A stretch of 64,000 nt of DNA from positions 7,687 through 71,686 of the forward strand of contig CAZREA010000001.1 of the NCBI GenBank assembly GCA_964599455.1. The letters run 5' to 3'. Position numbers and translations under genes: made by a program. This stretch comes from an uncultured Gammaproteobacteria bacterium (lineage in GTDB: Bacteria > Patescibacteriota > Patescibacteriia > UBA9934). Below the pieces are notes generated by a model. It saw nothing but the letters and a program-made list of their open reading frames with translations, had not been told where the DNA came from and did no database searches. Below, piece after piece: positions 21,174 to 29,822 of this stretch (within the stretch, counting starts at the first letter, position 1; every line of letters begins with the position of its first letter).

Positions 21174-22841
21174 ATGTCCTCCGACGTCCTTTTCCGCAAA
21201 TACCGACCCCAGCAATTCTCCGATGTTGCCGAACAGGAGCATGTCGTACGCACGATCCAAAATCAATTAGCGCAAGACATGATTGCGCAAGTGTATTTGT
21301 TTTCTGGACCGCGCGGAGTAGGAAAGACGACGATCGCGCGGTTGCTGGCAAAAGCATTGAATTGCGAAGGGCGACAAAAAGGACAGAGTGAGCCTTGTGG
21401 GACATGTGCATCGTGTACGGATTTTGCGTTTGGGCGAATGATGGATGTGATTGAAATTGATGCGGCATCGCAGACCGGCGTTGATGCAGTGCGAGAAAAC
21501 ATTATTGAAGGTGTTCGCTTTAGCCCGACACGCGGTAAATACAAGATTTTCATCATTGATGAAGTGCACATGCTGTCGACGGCATCCTTTAATGCACTTT
21601 TAAAAACGCTCGAAGAACCGCCAAAGCATGCGATTTTTATTTTAGCTACCACAGAACTGCATAAAATCCCTGCGACCGTTATTTCTCGCTGTCAGCGTTT
21701 TGTGTTTAAGCATATTCCGGCAGCGGCCATGATTGAGCGTTTAAAAACGTTGGCGATACGTGAAAAAAGGGAAGTTGATGATCACGTGCTTGCACAAATT
21801 GCTCGTTTGTCTGAGGGTTGTTTGCGTGATGCGGAGAGTTTGCTCGGGCAAGTGTTTGCGATTACTGATGAGCGGGTGACCCTCGGCAATGCATCATTGG
21901 TTTTGCCGGTCACGCATGCAACGGCGGTTGCCGACATGGTTACGCATCTTGCAAGCGGCGATGTTTCCACTGCGATCAACGTGTTGAATACGACGGTTGC
22001 CAGCGGTGCATCGGTGAAGCATTTGCATGATGAACTTTTAGAATATGCACGAGCCGTTTTGCTACAAACATTAGGGGGACTTGATCACGAGCGTTTTGAT
22101 GGCGAGTCGTTGGAGCGAATCAAGACAACGGCAACGCAGTTGCAATTGGCCGGAGCAACACGATTACTTGATGAGCTCTTGTCAGCTCGTGGTCGCAGTA
22201 CGCCATCTTTGTTTCCGCAAGTCGCATTAGAGATTGCGTTTGTGAAGGCTAGTGTCATCCCGACGCCAGGAGGGATCTCGAACTCGGCGAATATTTCTCT
22301 TCAGCAACGAACAGACTCCGACGCCAGGAGGAGCCTAGAAAATCCTCTTAAGAAACAAGAAAATCAACCAGGAGAAATAGATATTCCTCAGCAAAATTCT
22401 CAACCATTCCAAGAACCTCCGAAGGAATCTGCTAGATCCTTCCAGCCTGCCCTGAGTGAACGCGAAGGGTCAGGGTCTGATGCTCCTACCCCTTCGTCCC
22501 CTTCTGAATCCTCCACACCCCTCTCTTCCTCTGACCTTCGCGACAAATGGGGTCGCTGTTTGGAAAAAGCCAAGGCATCTGCAGGTCCGGGTTTTGGACT
22601 GGTGCTCGGCGTGGCCGAGTTTGTTGAAGTACAGGATGGCCGTGTGGTTGTTGTTTCGTTTCCTTACCAAATGCATCTCGATAAAATGAAAGATGCCAAG
22701 AATGCGCGTTTACTGCGTGATGCTATTGCGGAAATTGCCATGATGCCCGACATCGAGCTTTCATGTATTCTTGGCAAAAGAGCCGCTGCTGAAGATGAAG
22801 TAGGAACATTACTGGCTGAGTTTGGCGGGAGTGTGGTGTAA
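21174..22841 (+). CDS. dnaX: DNA polymerase III subunit gamma/tau. Carries an in-frame low-complexity insertion derived from the palindromic repeat family.
   Basis: GPRGVGKTT Walker A, clamp-loader motifs, Zn module CGTCASC; the provided ORF start at 21114 trimmed to the ATG at 21174 (MSSDVLFRKYRP). Confidence 0.9.
   Translation: MSSDVLFRKYRPQQFSDVAEQEHVVRTIQNQLAQDMIAQVYLFSGPRGVGKTTIARLLAKALNCEGRQKGQSEPCGTCASCTDFAFGRMMDVIEIDAASQTGVDAVRENIIEGVRFSPTRGKYKIFIIDEVHMLSTASFNALLKTLEEPPKHAIFILATTELHKIPATVISRCQRFVFKHIPAAAMIERLKTLAIREKREVDDHVLAQIARLSEGCLRDAESLLGQVFAITDERVTLGNASLVLPVTHATAVADMVTHLASGDVSTAINVLNTTVASGASVKHLHDELLEYARAVLLQTLGGLDHERFDGESLERIKTTATQLQLAGATRLLDELLSARGRSTPSLFPQVALEIAFVKASVIPTPGGISNSANISLQQRTDSDARRSLENPLKKQENQPGEIDIPQQNSQPFQEPPKESARSFQPALSEREGSGSDAPTPSSPSESSTPLSSSDLRDKWGRCLEKAKASAGPGFGLVLGVAEFVEVQDGRVVVVSFPYQMHLDKMKDAKNARLLRDAIAEIAMMPDIELSCILGKRAAAEDEVGTLLAEFGGSVV
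22259..22480. repeat. Copy or copies of the GACGCCAGGAGG palindromic element embedded in-frame in the dnaX linker. It is translated as a Pro/Ser/Gln-rich segment including SDARRSLENP.
   Basis: Left cores CCGACGCCAGGAGGGATCT (22261) and CAGACTCCGACGCCAGGAGGAGCCTAGAAAATCCTC (22312), right-arm remnant CTGCTAGATCCTTCC (22428). Confidence 0.65.
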
Positions 22842-22874
22842 AATAAAAACATATTCATTTGAGATTGACTGAGT

Positions 22875-23678
22875 ATGCCTGAAAATTATTATGATGTTCT
22901 CGGCGTGCATCGTGATGCTGCGGTGGAAGAAATAAAAAAAGCGTTTCGCAAATTAGCGCTTGATTGTCATCCCGATCGTCACCCTGATGATCCAGAGGCC
23001 GCGGATAAATTTAGAAGAATTTATGACGCGTATGCGGTGCTTTCTAACTCGCAGAAAAGAGCGCGATATGATCGGGGCGAATCTGTAAAAGAACCTCAAC
23101 AAGATCAACGCGTCTATCCTTCTTGGGATGAGGTGATGCAGGACTTTTTCATGAATCGTATCGATGCGCGTACGGCGGTTGATGGTGTTGTTGCAGATTC
23201 GGGTATTCCTTCGATGTATGTTGGGGGAACTATGGAGGGTCCGACAACGGGCGTGGAATTATCTTCATCATTTGATTATCAGATTGAAAAACTTGATACC
23301 GCCCTTGCTGGTCTTGTGCATACATTAGATGGAACTCGAGAGCGCAACGGGGAGCTTCCTTGGCACCCTGATCGTCTGCGCCGAGCTGCCTGTGGTCTTT
23401 TGCAAGAAGGCTATCTTTCTGATCAAGAATTCATGAAGTATATGGAGGAGATTGATCAGTATGAAGATCGTCAGCGAGAAAAGGAGTTCCTGCGAAAAAT
23501 GGGGATACGCATATCTCAAAAAGAATGGGGACAAATGAGTAGTTTGGAAAAGGAGGAGATACAGAAGAAAACTCGACCACTTCATGATCGATCTGATAAG
23601 GCGAATGATTCAGATAAACGCGCACAAATGCGCAAAGAGACTGAGAAAATGAAGAAAAAAGCCAATCCATTCCGTTAA
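22875..23678 (+). CDS. J-domain protein (DnaJ-like N-terminal domain only, HPD motif; charged C-terminal region)
   Basis: YYDVLGV...CHPDR J-domain signature; no Zn-finger or DnaJ C-domains. Confidence 0.75.
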   Translation: MPENYYDVLGVHRDAAVEEIKKAFRKLALDCHPDRHPDDPEAADKFRRIYDAYAVLSNSQKRARYDRGESVKEPQQDQRVYPSWDEVMQDFFMNRIDARTAVDGVVADSGIPSMYVGGTMEGPTTGVELSSSFDYQIEKLDTALAGLVHTLDGTRERNGELPWHPDRLRRAACGLLQEGYLSDQEFMKYMEEIDQYEDRQREKEFLRKMGIRISQKEWGQMSSLEKEEIQKKTRPLHDRSDKANDSDKRAQMRKETEKMKKKANPFR

Positions 23679-23762
23679 AAGAAAGAGGGAACGCCTGAGT
23701 GCTTCCTCTTTTTTTGTTTTTCGGGTAGAGTGTTTGGTCCTGAAACAACAAGGAGGAAGGAC

Positions 23763-24392
23763 ATGCGGAAGATCTCGTTAGGAGAATTATCCGAGAAATT
23801 TGCCCTCGAGGCGGACAAATATCATGTAGACTTCGTGAACGGTTACGGCGACCGTGGCGATGATGACGCGGGTTATAACAAAGTCGCCGACATCGTCAGG
23901 AAAGGCGTGGACTGGCGTCGAAAACATCTGCGCCGTCAGACCGTGGTTATTCTGGCGGGTGGAAAAACGAATAATCCCAACCGTTCCGAGGCCGAGAGTT
24001 TGCGTAAGCATTTTGACCGGGTACTGTCCGGTCGAGAAGTGTACGTCGTGTTGCTTGATGGGGTTACCGAGACCCGCACTGCATTCGAGCTTCTGCATAA
24101 CGAGGTAGGCGAGATCAGGCATATGACCGCGTACTTCGAGGCCAGCAACGCGCTGAAAGGCTGGGTGCAGATGATGCGGTTCTATCCGAACGCGCGAAGC
24201 CGGTGGATCAACTTTGATCAGTTGGGACTCTTCCCGCTCATCGGACAACTCATCTTCAAGGGAATCCCTGCCGCCTTGCTGACGTTCGTTGCGCTGTACT
24301 GGGATCGTGCGCGCAAGTTCGAGATCAAGCGTCGTGAGCTGCACATCGCCAAGGCGCGTACGCTCTGGATCAAGCATCAACTGAAGAAGTGA
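23763..24392 (+). CDS. DUF218/YdcF(SanA/ElyC)-like domain protein, paralog A, with C-terminal hydrophobic helix; lies in the GC-rich island
   Basis: VVILAGG...SEAESLRKHF...LLDGVTETRTAFE matches the DUF218 core pattern (GGG...SEA..m...L...G.....E..S..T.eNa); strong SD AAGGAGGAAGG before the ATG. Confidence 0.5.
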   Translation: MRKISLGELSEKFALEADKYHVDFVNGYGDRGDDDAGYNKVADIVRKGVDWRRKHLRRQTVVILAGGKTNNPNRSEAESLRKHFDRVLSGREVYVVLLDGVTETRTAFELLHNEVGEIRHMTAYFEASNALKGWVQMMRFYPNARSRWINFDQLGLFPLIGQLIFKGIPAALLTFVALYWDRARKFEIKRRELHIAKARTLWIKHQLKK

Positions 24393-24407
24393 CTTTTCAC
24401 CCATCGT

Positions 24408-24449
24408 CGCCCGCACTCTGTAATTGGAGTGCGGGCGTTGTGATTTTTT
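24408..24449 (+). terminator. Rho-independent terminator (11-bp stem CGCCCGCACTC/GAGTGCGGGCG followed by a T-run)
   Basis: Sequence inspection. Confidence 0.6.
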
Positions 24450-24530
24450 GACAGCGACATGTATCATTGATACTTTAGTTTGTCCGATCATGGACAAGGG
24501 GTTTGCGTTATCAATTCCCGTGGAGGAAGA

Positions 24531-24704
24531 ATGTTTACCGGAAAAATGAAAGTGATGTATACGGCGGCCTTTCGGAAGGCTGCCGAAGATCCGGACATCG
24601 CTCGTTCAGTCGGCATGCGCCGCATCCATCAGATGATGCCACTCCTTCTGCACACAGAGGAGCGAAGACTTCGTCAAGATGCCCAGGCGCTGATGATCGA
24701 ATAA
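24531..24704 (+). CDS. Small hypothetical protein (57 aa) with strong SD GGAGGA; GC-rich island
   Basis: ORF track trimmed to the ATG with SD; basic, helix-rich. Confidence 0.4.
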   Translation: MFTGKMKVMYTAAFRKAAEDPDIARSVGMRRIHQMMPLLLHTEERRLRQDAQALMIE

Positions 24705-24728
24705 CCCTTTCTTTTTCATGGGGGATCT

Positions 24729-24980
24729 ATGGGTGATGCAGGCAAGTTGGTTATCAATTGTTCGCATGAAGAATATAGGGATGTCGATCGTGCGCTTGGG
24801 CGCGCGAGTCGTGTGGAGTTTACCTACGACTGTTTGCCGTACCCAGGCGAGCGGCGTTTTCGACTCACCATGCGCTGCCTCAAGGCAGCTGGTCGCGTGC
24901 GTGAAGAGGTGGCCGTCGTCTGTATCGAGGCGAGCATCCAGGGCCATGTTTATTGGAGTAATGCGACCTGGAAATTCTAG
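24729..24980 (+). CDS. Small hypothetical protein (83 aa) with Cys pairs; GC-rich island
   Basis: ORF track; SD-like GGGGGA upstream. Confidence 0.4.
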   Translation: MGDAGKLVINCSHEEYRDVDRALGRASRVEFTYDCLPYPGERRFRLTMRCLKAAGRVREEVAVVCIEASIQGHVYWSNATWKF

Positions 24981-25105
24981 TGTGGCCCCGTGCCGTAGCA
25001 GGTCCTTCCCGTGGATCTCCGGTGCGGGGCTTGTTATGTTGCGGAAACTTTTGCTACCGTGTTGCCTTGCCCGGCATCTATTTGTCGAGCAAAAGGAGGA
25101 ACGCA

Positions 25106-25741
25106 ATGAAACTGGTTAACCCTGACTATCTGCTGATTGCCACCTCGACGCAGAAGGTTGTTGTCTACTTCGTCGATGTTACTTGTCAGTGGGTTGTTCG
25201 TTCTCATGACGATCGAGGCTACGGCAATCTCGCCCAAACAGTCTCTCGAGACATTGTCGCCGACATCAGGGTCGATCGCGATCAGCCGCGGGTGCTTGTC
25301 ATCGCTGGGGGAGCGAGGGACCATGGCGGCCTTTCCGAGGCCAGGAGTCTTTTGCAACATTTCGCGTCGCTGCTCGCGAAGGTCGATGTCGATGTCCTTT
25401 TGCTCGAGGATGTCATTGATACCCGAACCGCACTCGAGATGCTCGAGCGTCATGTGGTCAAAAGCGAGATCTTCATTGCTGGCTACTTCGAGATCGGTGA
25501 GGCTTTCAAGGGCACTTGGCATCTTTGGTGGTGCTTCTGGAGCCAGATGCCGACCGTCAGAGCGATCAATTTTGATGACCTCGCAGGAGTTCACTTACGC
25601 AAGGCTAAGATTCGCGGTCTCTTCGCTGCTGGTCTCACCATCCTGGCAACGTTCTCCCGATTCTTTCGTGGTATCGAGCTGCGGAAGTATGGAAAGGGAA
25701 TTGCTGCCGAAGAGGTGAATCAAAAAGCGACCGCTCAGTAA
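25106..25741 (+). CDS. DUF218/YdcF-like domain protein, paralog B of 23763-24392, with C-terminal hydrophobic helix
   Basis: VLVIAGGARDHGGLSEARSLLQHF...LLEDVIDTRTALE parallels paralog A motif for motif; SD AAGGAGGA before the ATG. Confidence 0.5.
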   Translation: MKLVNPDYLLIATSTQKVVVYFVDVTCQWVVRSHDDRGYGNLAQTVSRDIVADIRVDRDQPRVLVIAGGARDHGGLSEARSLLQHFASLLAKVDVDVLLLEDVIDTRTALEMLERHVVKSEIFIAGYFEIGEAFKGTWHLWWCFWSQMPTVRAINFDDLAGVHLRKAKIRGLFAAGLTILATFSRFFRGIELRKYGKGIAAEEVNQKATAQ

Positions 25742-25755
25742 CTGCGTCCGTCCGT

Positions 25756-25800
25756 CGTCCGTATCCTGGAATTTTCGGGATACGGACGTTGTGTTTTTAT
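25756..25800. terminator. Bidirectional rho-independent terminator (11-bp stem CGTCCGTATCC/GGATACGGACG, T-rich tail) between convergent genes
   Basis: Sequence inspection. Confidence 0.65.
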
Positions 25801-25802
25801 TT

Positions 25803-26078
25803 TTACTTATCATCTTTTTTATAGAGATGTGCAAACAAGGGATCTGACTTGTAGTCAACTTTAAGTGCTGCTACAAGCTCTTCATCTCCACCTAAAAAGT
25901 TTCCGTTCGCATCGTACGCATAATACGCTTCATGCGTGGTTGCCGAAAGGTTGGGAATACCCATTTCTTTCGTTATTGTTTGTTGTTCTTGTAATTCAAG
26001 TACCAGGCGATGATTCATTGCCTTTGCCTCCGTAAGAGCTTCTGCTGCAGAGGCAAAATGGAATCGCTTCCATCCCAT
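25803..26078 (-). CDS. Small hypothetical protein
   Basis: ORF track; host-like GC. Confidence 0.3.
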   Translation of the reverse strand: MGWKRFHFASAAEALTEAKAMNHRLVLELQEQQTITKEMGIPNLSATTHEAYYAYDANGNFLGGDEELVAALKVDYKSDPLFAHLYKKDDK

Positions 26079-26228
26079 TTATCTGCGAGTAAAACACGAA
26101 AGGTTCCATTACCGGCCATTTTGGGATGATTCATAGAAAGAGAGTATACGTTGAGTATACTGAAATGTTTTTTACCCTGCAAAACAAACAACCTCCGCGA
26201 CACGAGCCGGAGAGGCTGTGTGCGGAGG

Positions 26229-26627
26229 CTACGATTTGCTGGCGAGTTTCTCAGTATGCTTCTTCGCGCCTCCAGGCAAGGCGATCCAGACAGCGGCGAG
26301 CATGATGCCCATGCTCAGCAGCCACTCGAACGGCCAGTAGGTGTGCGTTGCGATCGCACGCGAGAGGGGCGTATCGATACCCCACCCGCCCATGTGTCGC
26401 AACTCCGTGCCATGGCAGATCCACTCGCCGCCCCCTCGATCACGCCAGAGATCGCAGTCCTCATAGCGCTCGAATCCGAGCGCGAAGGCCGTGAGTGTGT
26501 CGTGCGGCGCGATGCCGTCTCCTTGTGTGTTGAAGAAGCGGCTCAAGCCGCCGATCCCGCAGGATCCGCAGAAGATACCCATGCCAATAATGAACATCGG
26601 GACTGAAATGAGTGGACGCAGTGACAT
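26229..26627 (-). CDS. Hypothetical membrane protein, GC-rich (start uncertain; ORF extends to 26675)
   Basis: ORF track; two hydrophobic helices; GC content like the adjacent island. Confidence 0.35.
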   Translation of the reverse strand: MSLRPLISVPMFIIGMGIFCGSCGIGGLSRFFNTQGDGIAPHDTLTAFALGFERYEDCDLWRDRGGGEWICHGTELRHMGGWGIDTPLSRAIATHTYWPFEWLLSMGIMLAAVWIALPGGAKKHTEKLASKS

Positions 26628-26801
26628 GTCGATCTCCTCTAAGGCTGAGTTGAGAACACGAGTATTTAGGAACAAAGTAAAGTATCAATGAAAACGCTTT
26701 TCGTCAAAAAGCTTGTCAAAAACAAGGTGAAGAAAACCGATCATAACTCGCTCGACGTATCACTCTGATTTTGATACGCTTTTAGCATTTTTAGGCAAAA
26801 T

Positions 26802-27203
26802 ATGAAATTAGATCAAAAGCTTGTTGACGCCTGTATTGCGTTTATACATCAGCGTTTTCCCAATCAAGATGGTGAAGCGGCGGCCATGTATACCGAGGAT
26901 GGTGAAATCCTTCTCAGCACATCTCCCGCAACACTAAACGAGAGCGCAACGTTATGCCACGAAGTTGGCGCACTCTGCGAAGCCTATGCGAAAAATAAAC
27001 GCATCACGGCTACCGTTTGTGTTTCACTTTCTGCTGACGGCAAGCTGAAAATCTTTTCTCCCTGTGGTATTTGTCAGGAGCGTTTGCTGATTTACGGAGA
27101 AGGCGTTGAATGCGCTGTTGCGAAAGATGACGAACCATCAGTATGGGAAATACGAACGCTGGGGCAACTGCAGCCATACTATTGGCGAAAGGCTCTCAAA
27201 TAG
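26802..27203 (+). CDS. Cytidine/deoxycytidylate deaminase-family zinc enzyme (cytidine-deaminase-like)
   Basis: CHEVGALCEA (H/C-A-E) and SPCGICQERL (PCxxC) zinc-binding motifs of the CDA fold. Confidence 0.6.
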   Translation: MKLDQKLVDACIAFIHQRFPNQDGEAAAMYTEDGEILLSTSPATLNESATLCHEVGALCEAYAKNKRITATVCVSLSADGKLKIFSPCGICQERLLIYGEGVECAVAKDDEPSVWEIRTLGQLQPYYWRKALK

Positions 27204-27210
27204 TGGGTCT

Positions 27211-27858
27211 ATGATTAAAACGATTATTTTCGATTTTGACGGTACGATTGCAAATACTTTTCAGCGAATGGTTGAAATTTATAATGAAATAGCTCACAAA
27301 TATCGATGCAAGAAAGTGTTATCAGATGATTTAGATAAGTTGCGTTCTGGTAAGCCTCAAGAGTTCATGCGAGCATTTGGTATTAGTCCAATGAAGTTAC
27401 TATTTTTGGTTGCTGCTATCCGAGGGAAGCTTAAACGGGATATCGGAGACATTACTATCCAACCGGGAATACCCGAAATGCTCGGTGAGCTAAAAAAGTC
27501 AGGGATTATTCTTGGAATTTTGACTTCAAATTCTCGCGAGAACGTAGAACGCTTTTTGACACAAAATAATCTCAAAGATTCCTTTTCATTTATTCATTCC
27601 TCCCGACATCTTTTTGGCAAAGATCGCATTCTTCGTTCGATTATAAATAAACAATCCTTAAAGTCCCAAGATATCGCATATGTTGGTGACGAAATAAGAG
27701 ATATCGAAGCTGCGAAAAAAGCTGGCGTCGTGAGCGTTGGGGTTACCTGGGGTTTTCAAACAGAAGCAGCCTTGCAAAACGTTCGACCAAATTTTCTTTT
27801 TTCAAATCCAAAGCAACTATATAATCTTCTGGCTGGCAATACGGAAGAGGTGCTATGA
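27211..27858 (+). CDS. HAD-superfamily hydrolase (phosphatase, PGP-like subfamily IA)
   Basis: FDFDGTI motif I, LTSNS motif II, K...GDEIRDIEAAKKAG motifs III/IV. Confidence 0.8.
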   Translation: MIKTIIFDFDGTIANTFQRMVEIYNEIAHKYRCKKVLSDDLDKLRSGKPQEFMRAFGISPMKLLFLVAAIRGKLKRDIGDITIQPGIPEMLGELKKSGIILGILTSNSRENVERFLTQNNLKDSFSFIHSSRHLFGKDRILRSIINKQSLKSQDIAYVGDEIRDIEAAKKAGVVSVGVTWGFQTEAALQNVRPNFLFSNPKQLYNLLAGNTEEVL

Positions 27859-28592
27859 ACTCTCTCGCGATTTTCGGAATCCTTTCAGGTATCTTCAGTG
27901 CCATCTCTTACCCACCCTACATTATTGCCATCTTGAAGGGTAAGGCAAAGCCAGAGCGCGCTTCATGGTTGATTTGGAGTGTATTGACTGCTATGGGTTT
28001 TTTTACCCAGCTTGCTGTTGGTGCCACTCATTCGCTTTGGCTTCCGGGCATTCAAGGAATTGGTGTGATCATTGTTCTGATCTTATCTATCCGTTATGGA
28101 TTTGGTGGACTTTTTAAAAGAGACGTGGTCACACTTATTGCGGCGGCAGTAACGTTATTGATTTGGTATTTTACAGACAATGCTGTCGTGGCTGTTTATC
28201 TCATCGTCTTGATTGATGCTATGGGTGCATGGCTCACGGTTCTAAAATCTTATAAGCATCCAGAAAGTGAAACATTGATCACCTGGGCACTTTCTGGTAC
28301 AGGAGGATTCTTTGGACTCTTGGCGGTTGGTGTTTACGATATGCCACTGCTTGCTTATCCATTCTATATTTTTATTTGCAACTTCGTCGTTGTCGTAGCT
28401 ACTTTCCTTGCTTTGATTGTAATTCCTCCAATTTTACAAATGCTTCCTGTACGGTTTGACTATCGAGTGCGATTGAAAAATCTCGTCCAGAGCCTAAAAA
28501 CCTCAAACGACCATCATTCGCTACAAGTAGTTGTCCGCCACCTCGAACATTTGCAGCATCGTTTTTATTTTCTATATAGTCCCTGGCATTAA
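27855..28592 (+). CDS. Hypothetical polytopic membrane protein (about 7 TM helices); 3' end may be shorter than the ORF
   Basis: ORF track; hydrophobicity; the C-terminal 45 aa look non-protein-like and overlap a convergent ORF. Confidence 0.5.
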   Translation: MNSLAIFGILSGIFSAISYPPYIIAILKGKAKPERASWLIWSVLTAMGFFTQLAVGATHSLWLPGIQGIGVIIVLILSIRYGFGGLFKRDVVTLIAAAVTLLIWYFTDNAVVAVYLIVLIDAMGAWLTVLKSYKHPESETLITWALSGTGGFFGLLAVGVYDMPLLAYPFYIFICNFVVVVATFLALIVIPPILQMLPVRFDYRVRLKNLVQSLKTSNDHHSLQVVVRHLEHLQHRFYFLYSPWH

Positions 28593-28734
28593 TCCAAAAT
28601 AACCAACCATCTGGGTAAACTTTTGGTGGAAGTATCATCATTGTCGATTTTGGGTCGTTGATGTCAATTTTGAATTTCTCTCCCACAAGTTGTAGTGCCT
28701 GCAGCTCGTTGAGTGATTGTTTAGCATTTTCCAT
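28399..28734 (-). CDS. Hypothetical small soluble protein (possible immunity-protein-like fold)
   Basis: ORF track; protein-like composition (PPKVYPDGWLFWINARDY). Confidence 0.35.
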   Translation of the reverse strand: MENAKQSLNELQALQLVGEKFKIDINDPKSTMMILPPKVYPDGWLFWINARDYIENKNDAANVRGGGQLLVANDGRLRFLGSGRDFSIALDSQTVQEAFVKLEELQSKQGK

Positions 28735-28867
28735 AATAGTTTTACTTTACCACAAATTTCTCAAGATCAGCTAATGAATAAAAAAGTAATCCCGACCCCG
28801 ATCAGATAGAACCAAGGAAAAAACTCGCTGGTCGCGGTCAAGAATTGATAGTAATATTATTGGATTC

Positions 28868-29269
28868 GTGATTCTACGTATGTACCAAATTACAAAACGT
28901 CTACTACCCAATCAGGATCTTCGATTCGAGATTGAAAAATTAGTAAAGGAGAACCACATCCAGGCCGGCGTTCTTCTATCTATTGTTGGATGTCTTACCA
29001 AATTACGTCTTCGGGTTGCCGACGGAAAGACGGTGAAGGAATGGACGGATCAATTCGAGATCGTATCGGGAACGGGTACCGTGTCTGAATCTGATTGCCA
29101 TCTTCATATTTCCGCTTCAGATCAAAACGGAAATACAATCGGTGGGCATTTGAAGGACGGTTGCCTCGTTGGTACAACGATTGAAGTGGTCATTCTCGTT
29201 TTTGAGGATGTCGCATACAAAAGAGAGCCTGATCAAGCTACCGGATACGATGAACTCGTCGTAAAGTAA
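28868..29269 (+). CDS. PPC-domain (DUF296) protein
   Basis: Architecture and HLHISASDQNGNTIGGHL motif typical of PCC/DUF296 proteins. Confidence 0.55.
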   Translation: MILRMYQITKRLLPNQDLRFEIEKLVKENHIQAGVLLSIVGCLTKLRLRVADGKTVKEWTDQFEIVSGTGTVSESDCHLHISASDQNGNTIGGHLKDGCLVGTTIEVVILVFEDVAYKREPDQATGYDELVVK

Positions 29270-29335
29270 TACAGACAAGCAACAGGTTCTTGAAGGTCCT
29301 TCGCTCGGCTGGGAGGCCTCGCTCAGGACAAAAAA

Positions 29336-29365
29336 GCACCAGCCTTTGCGGCTGGTGCTTTTTTG
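29336..29365 (+). terminator. Rho-independent terminator (AGCACCAGCC-TTTGC-GGCTGGTGCT followed by TTTTTT)
   Basis: Sequence inspection; abuts the 3' end of tRNA-Gln on the opposite strand. Confidence 0.65.
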
Positions 29366-29437
29366 GTTCCGAGACATGGATTCGAACCATGATTGACTGA
29401 TTCAGAGTCAGTTGTCCTGCCATTAGACGATCTCGGA
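29364..29437 (-). tRNA. tRNA-Gln (anticodon CTG), U1-A72 pair, CCA encoded
   Basis: Hand fold of the reverse complement: acceptor TCCGAGA/TCTCGGA, anticodon stem ACTGA/TCAGT with loop CTCTGAA, T-arm CATGG TTCGAAT CCATG. Confidence 0.75.
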
Positions 29438-29589
29438 GTTTTTGCGATCCGTCCTATCCGTTGCACTTTTTTACTATCCGTTCTCATCCGTTTTTTACCC
29501 CATCCACTATGCCAGACTTGGGGGGTCTTGCCAAGGTTTTTCGTCTTTGTATAAAATAAGAGAGCACTTATTCTTTACTTAAATGTGCT

Positions 29590-29772
29590 ATGGCTACGTT
29601 GTTTGCTGAAACGACCGAACTCGAAATGATCGTTTTGCCAGCAGTTACGAGCGAGGGTGACGATGACGCGGTAAGTGATGATGAAGACAAGGAGCCAGAA
29701 GGTGATGAATTGGATGAGGATCTTGATGAAGCTGAGGACGAAGACGAAGATGGCGAAGAAGGAGCTGAGTAA
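29590..29772 (+). CDS. Small highly acidic protein (D/E-rich, 60 aa), followed by a terminator
   Basis: ORF track; hairpin plus T-run at 29780-29810. Confidence 0.3.
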   Translation: MATLFAETTELEMIVLPAVTSEGDDDAVSDDEDKEPEGDELDEDLDEAEDEDEDGEEGAE

Positions 29773-29779
29773 TAAAAAA

Positions 29780-29810
29780 TTCCCTAAGCATGTGCTTGGG
29801 GAATTTTTTT
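29780..29810. terminator. Rho-independent terminator (TTCCCTAAGCA/TGCTTGGGGAA followed by TTTTTTT), probably bidirectional (A-run on the other side, dus 3' end at 29823)
   Basis: Sequence inspection. Confidence 0.6.
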
Positions 29811-29822
29811 CTGAGAGCTGGC

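Noticed and set aside
21080-21391. 103-aa ORF overlapping the dnaX 5' region, and the extended dnaX ORF start at 21114
   Set aside because: It is in an alternative frame to, or an N-terminal extension of, the clearly conserved DnaX. The upstream part is the ACAGATTTACACAGAT element. DnaX conservation starts at MSSDVLFRKYRP (21174).
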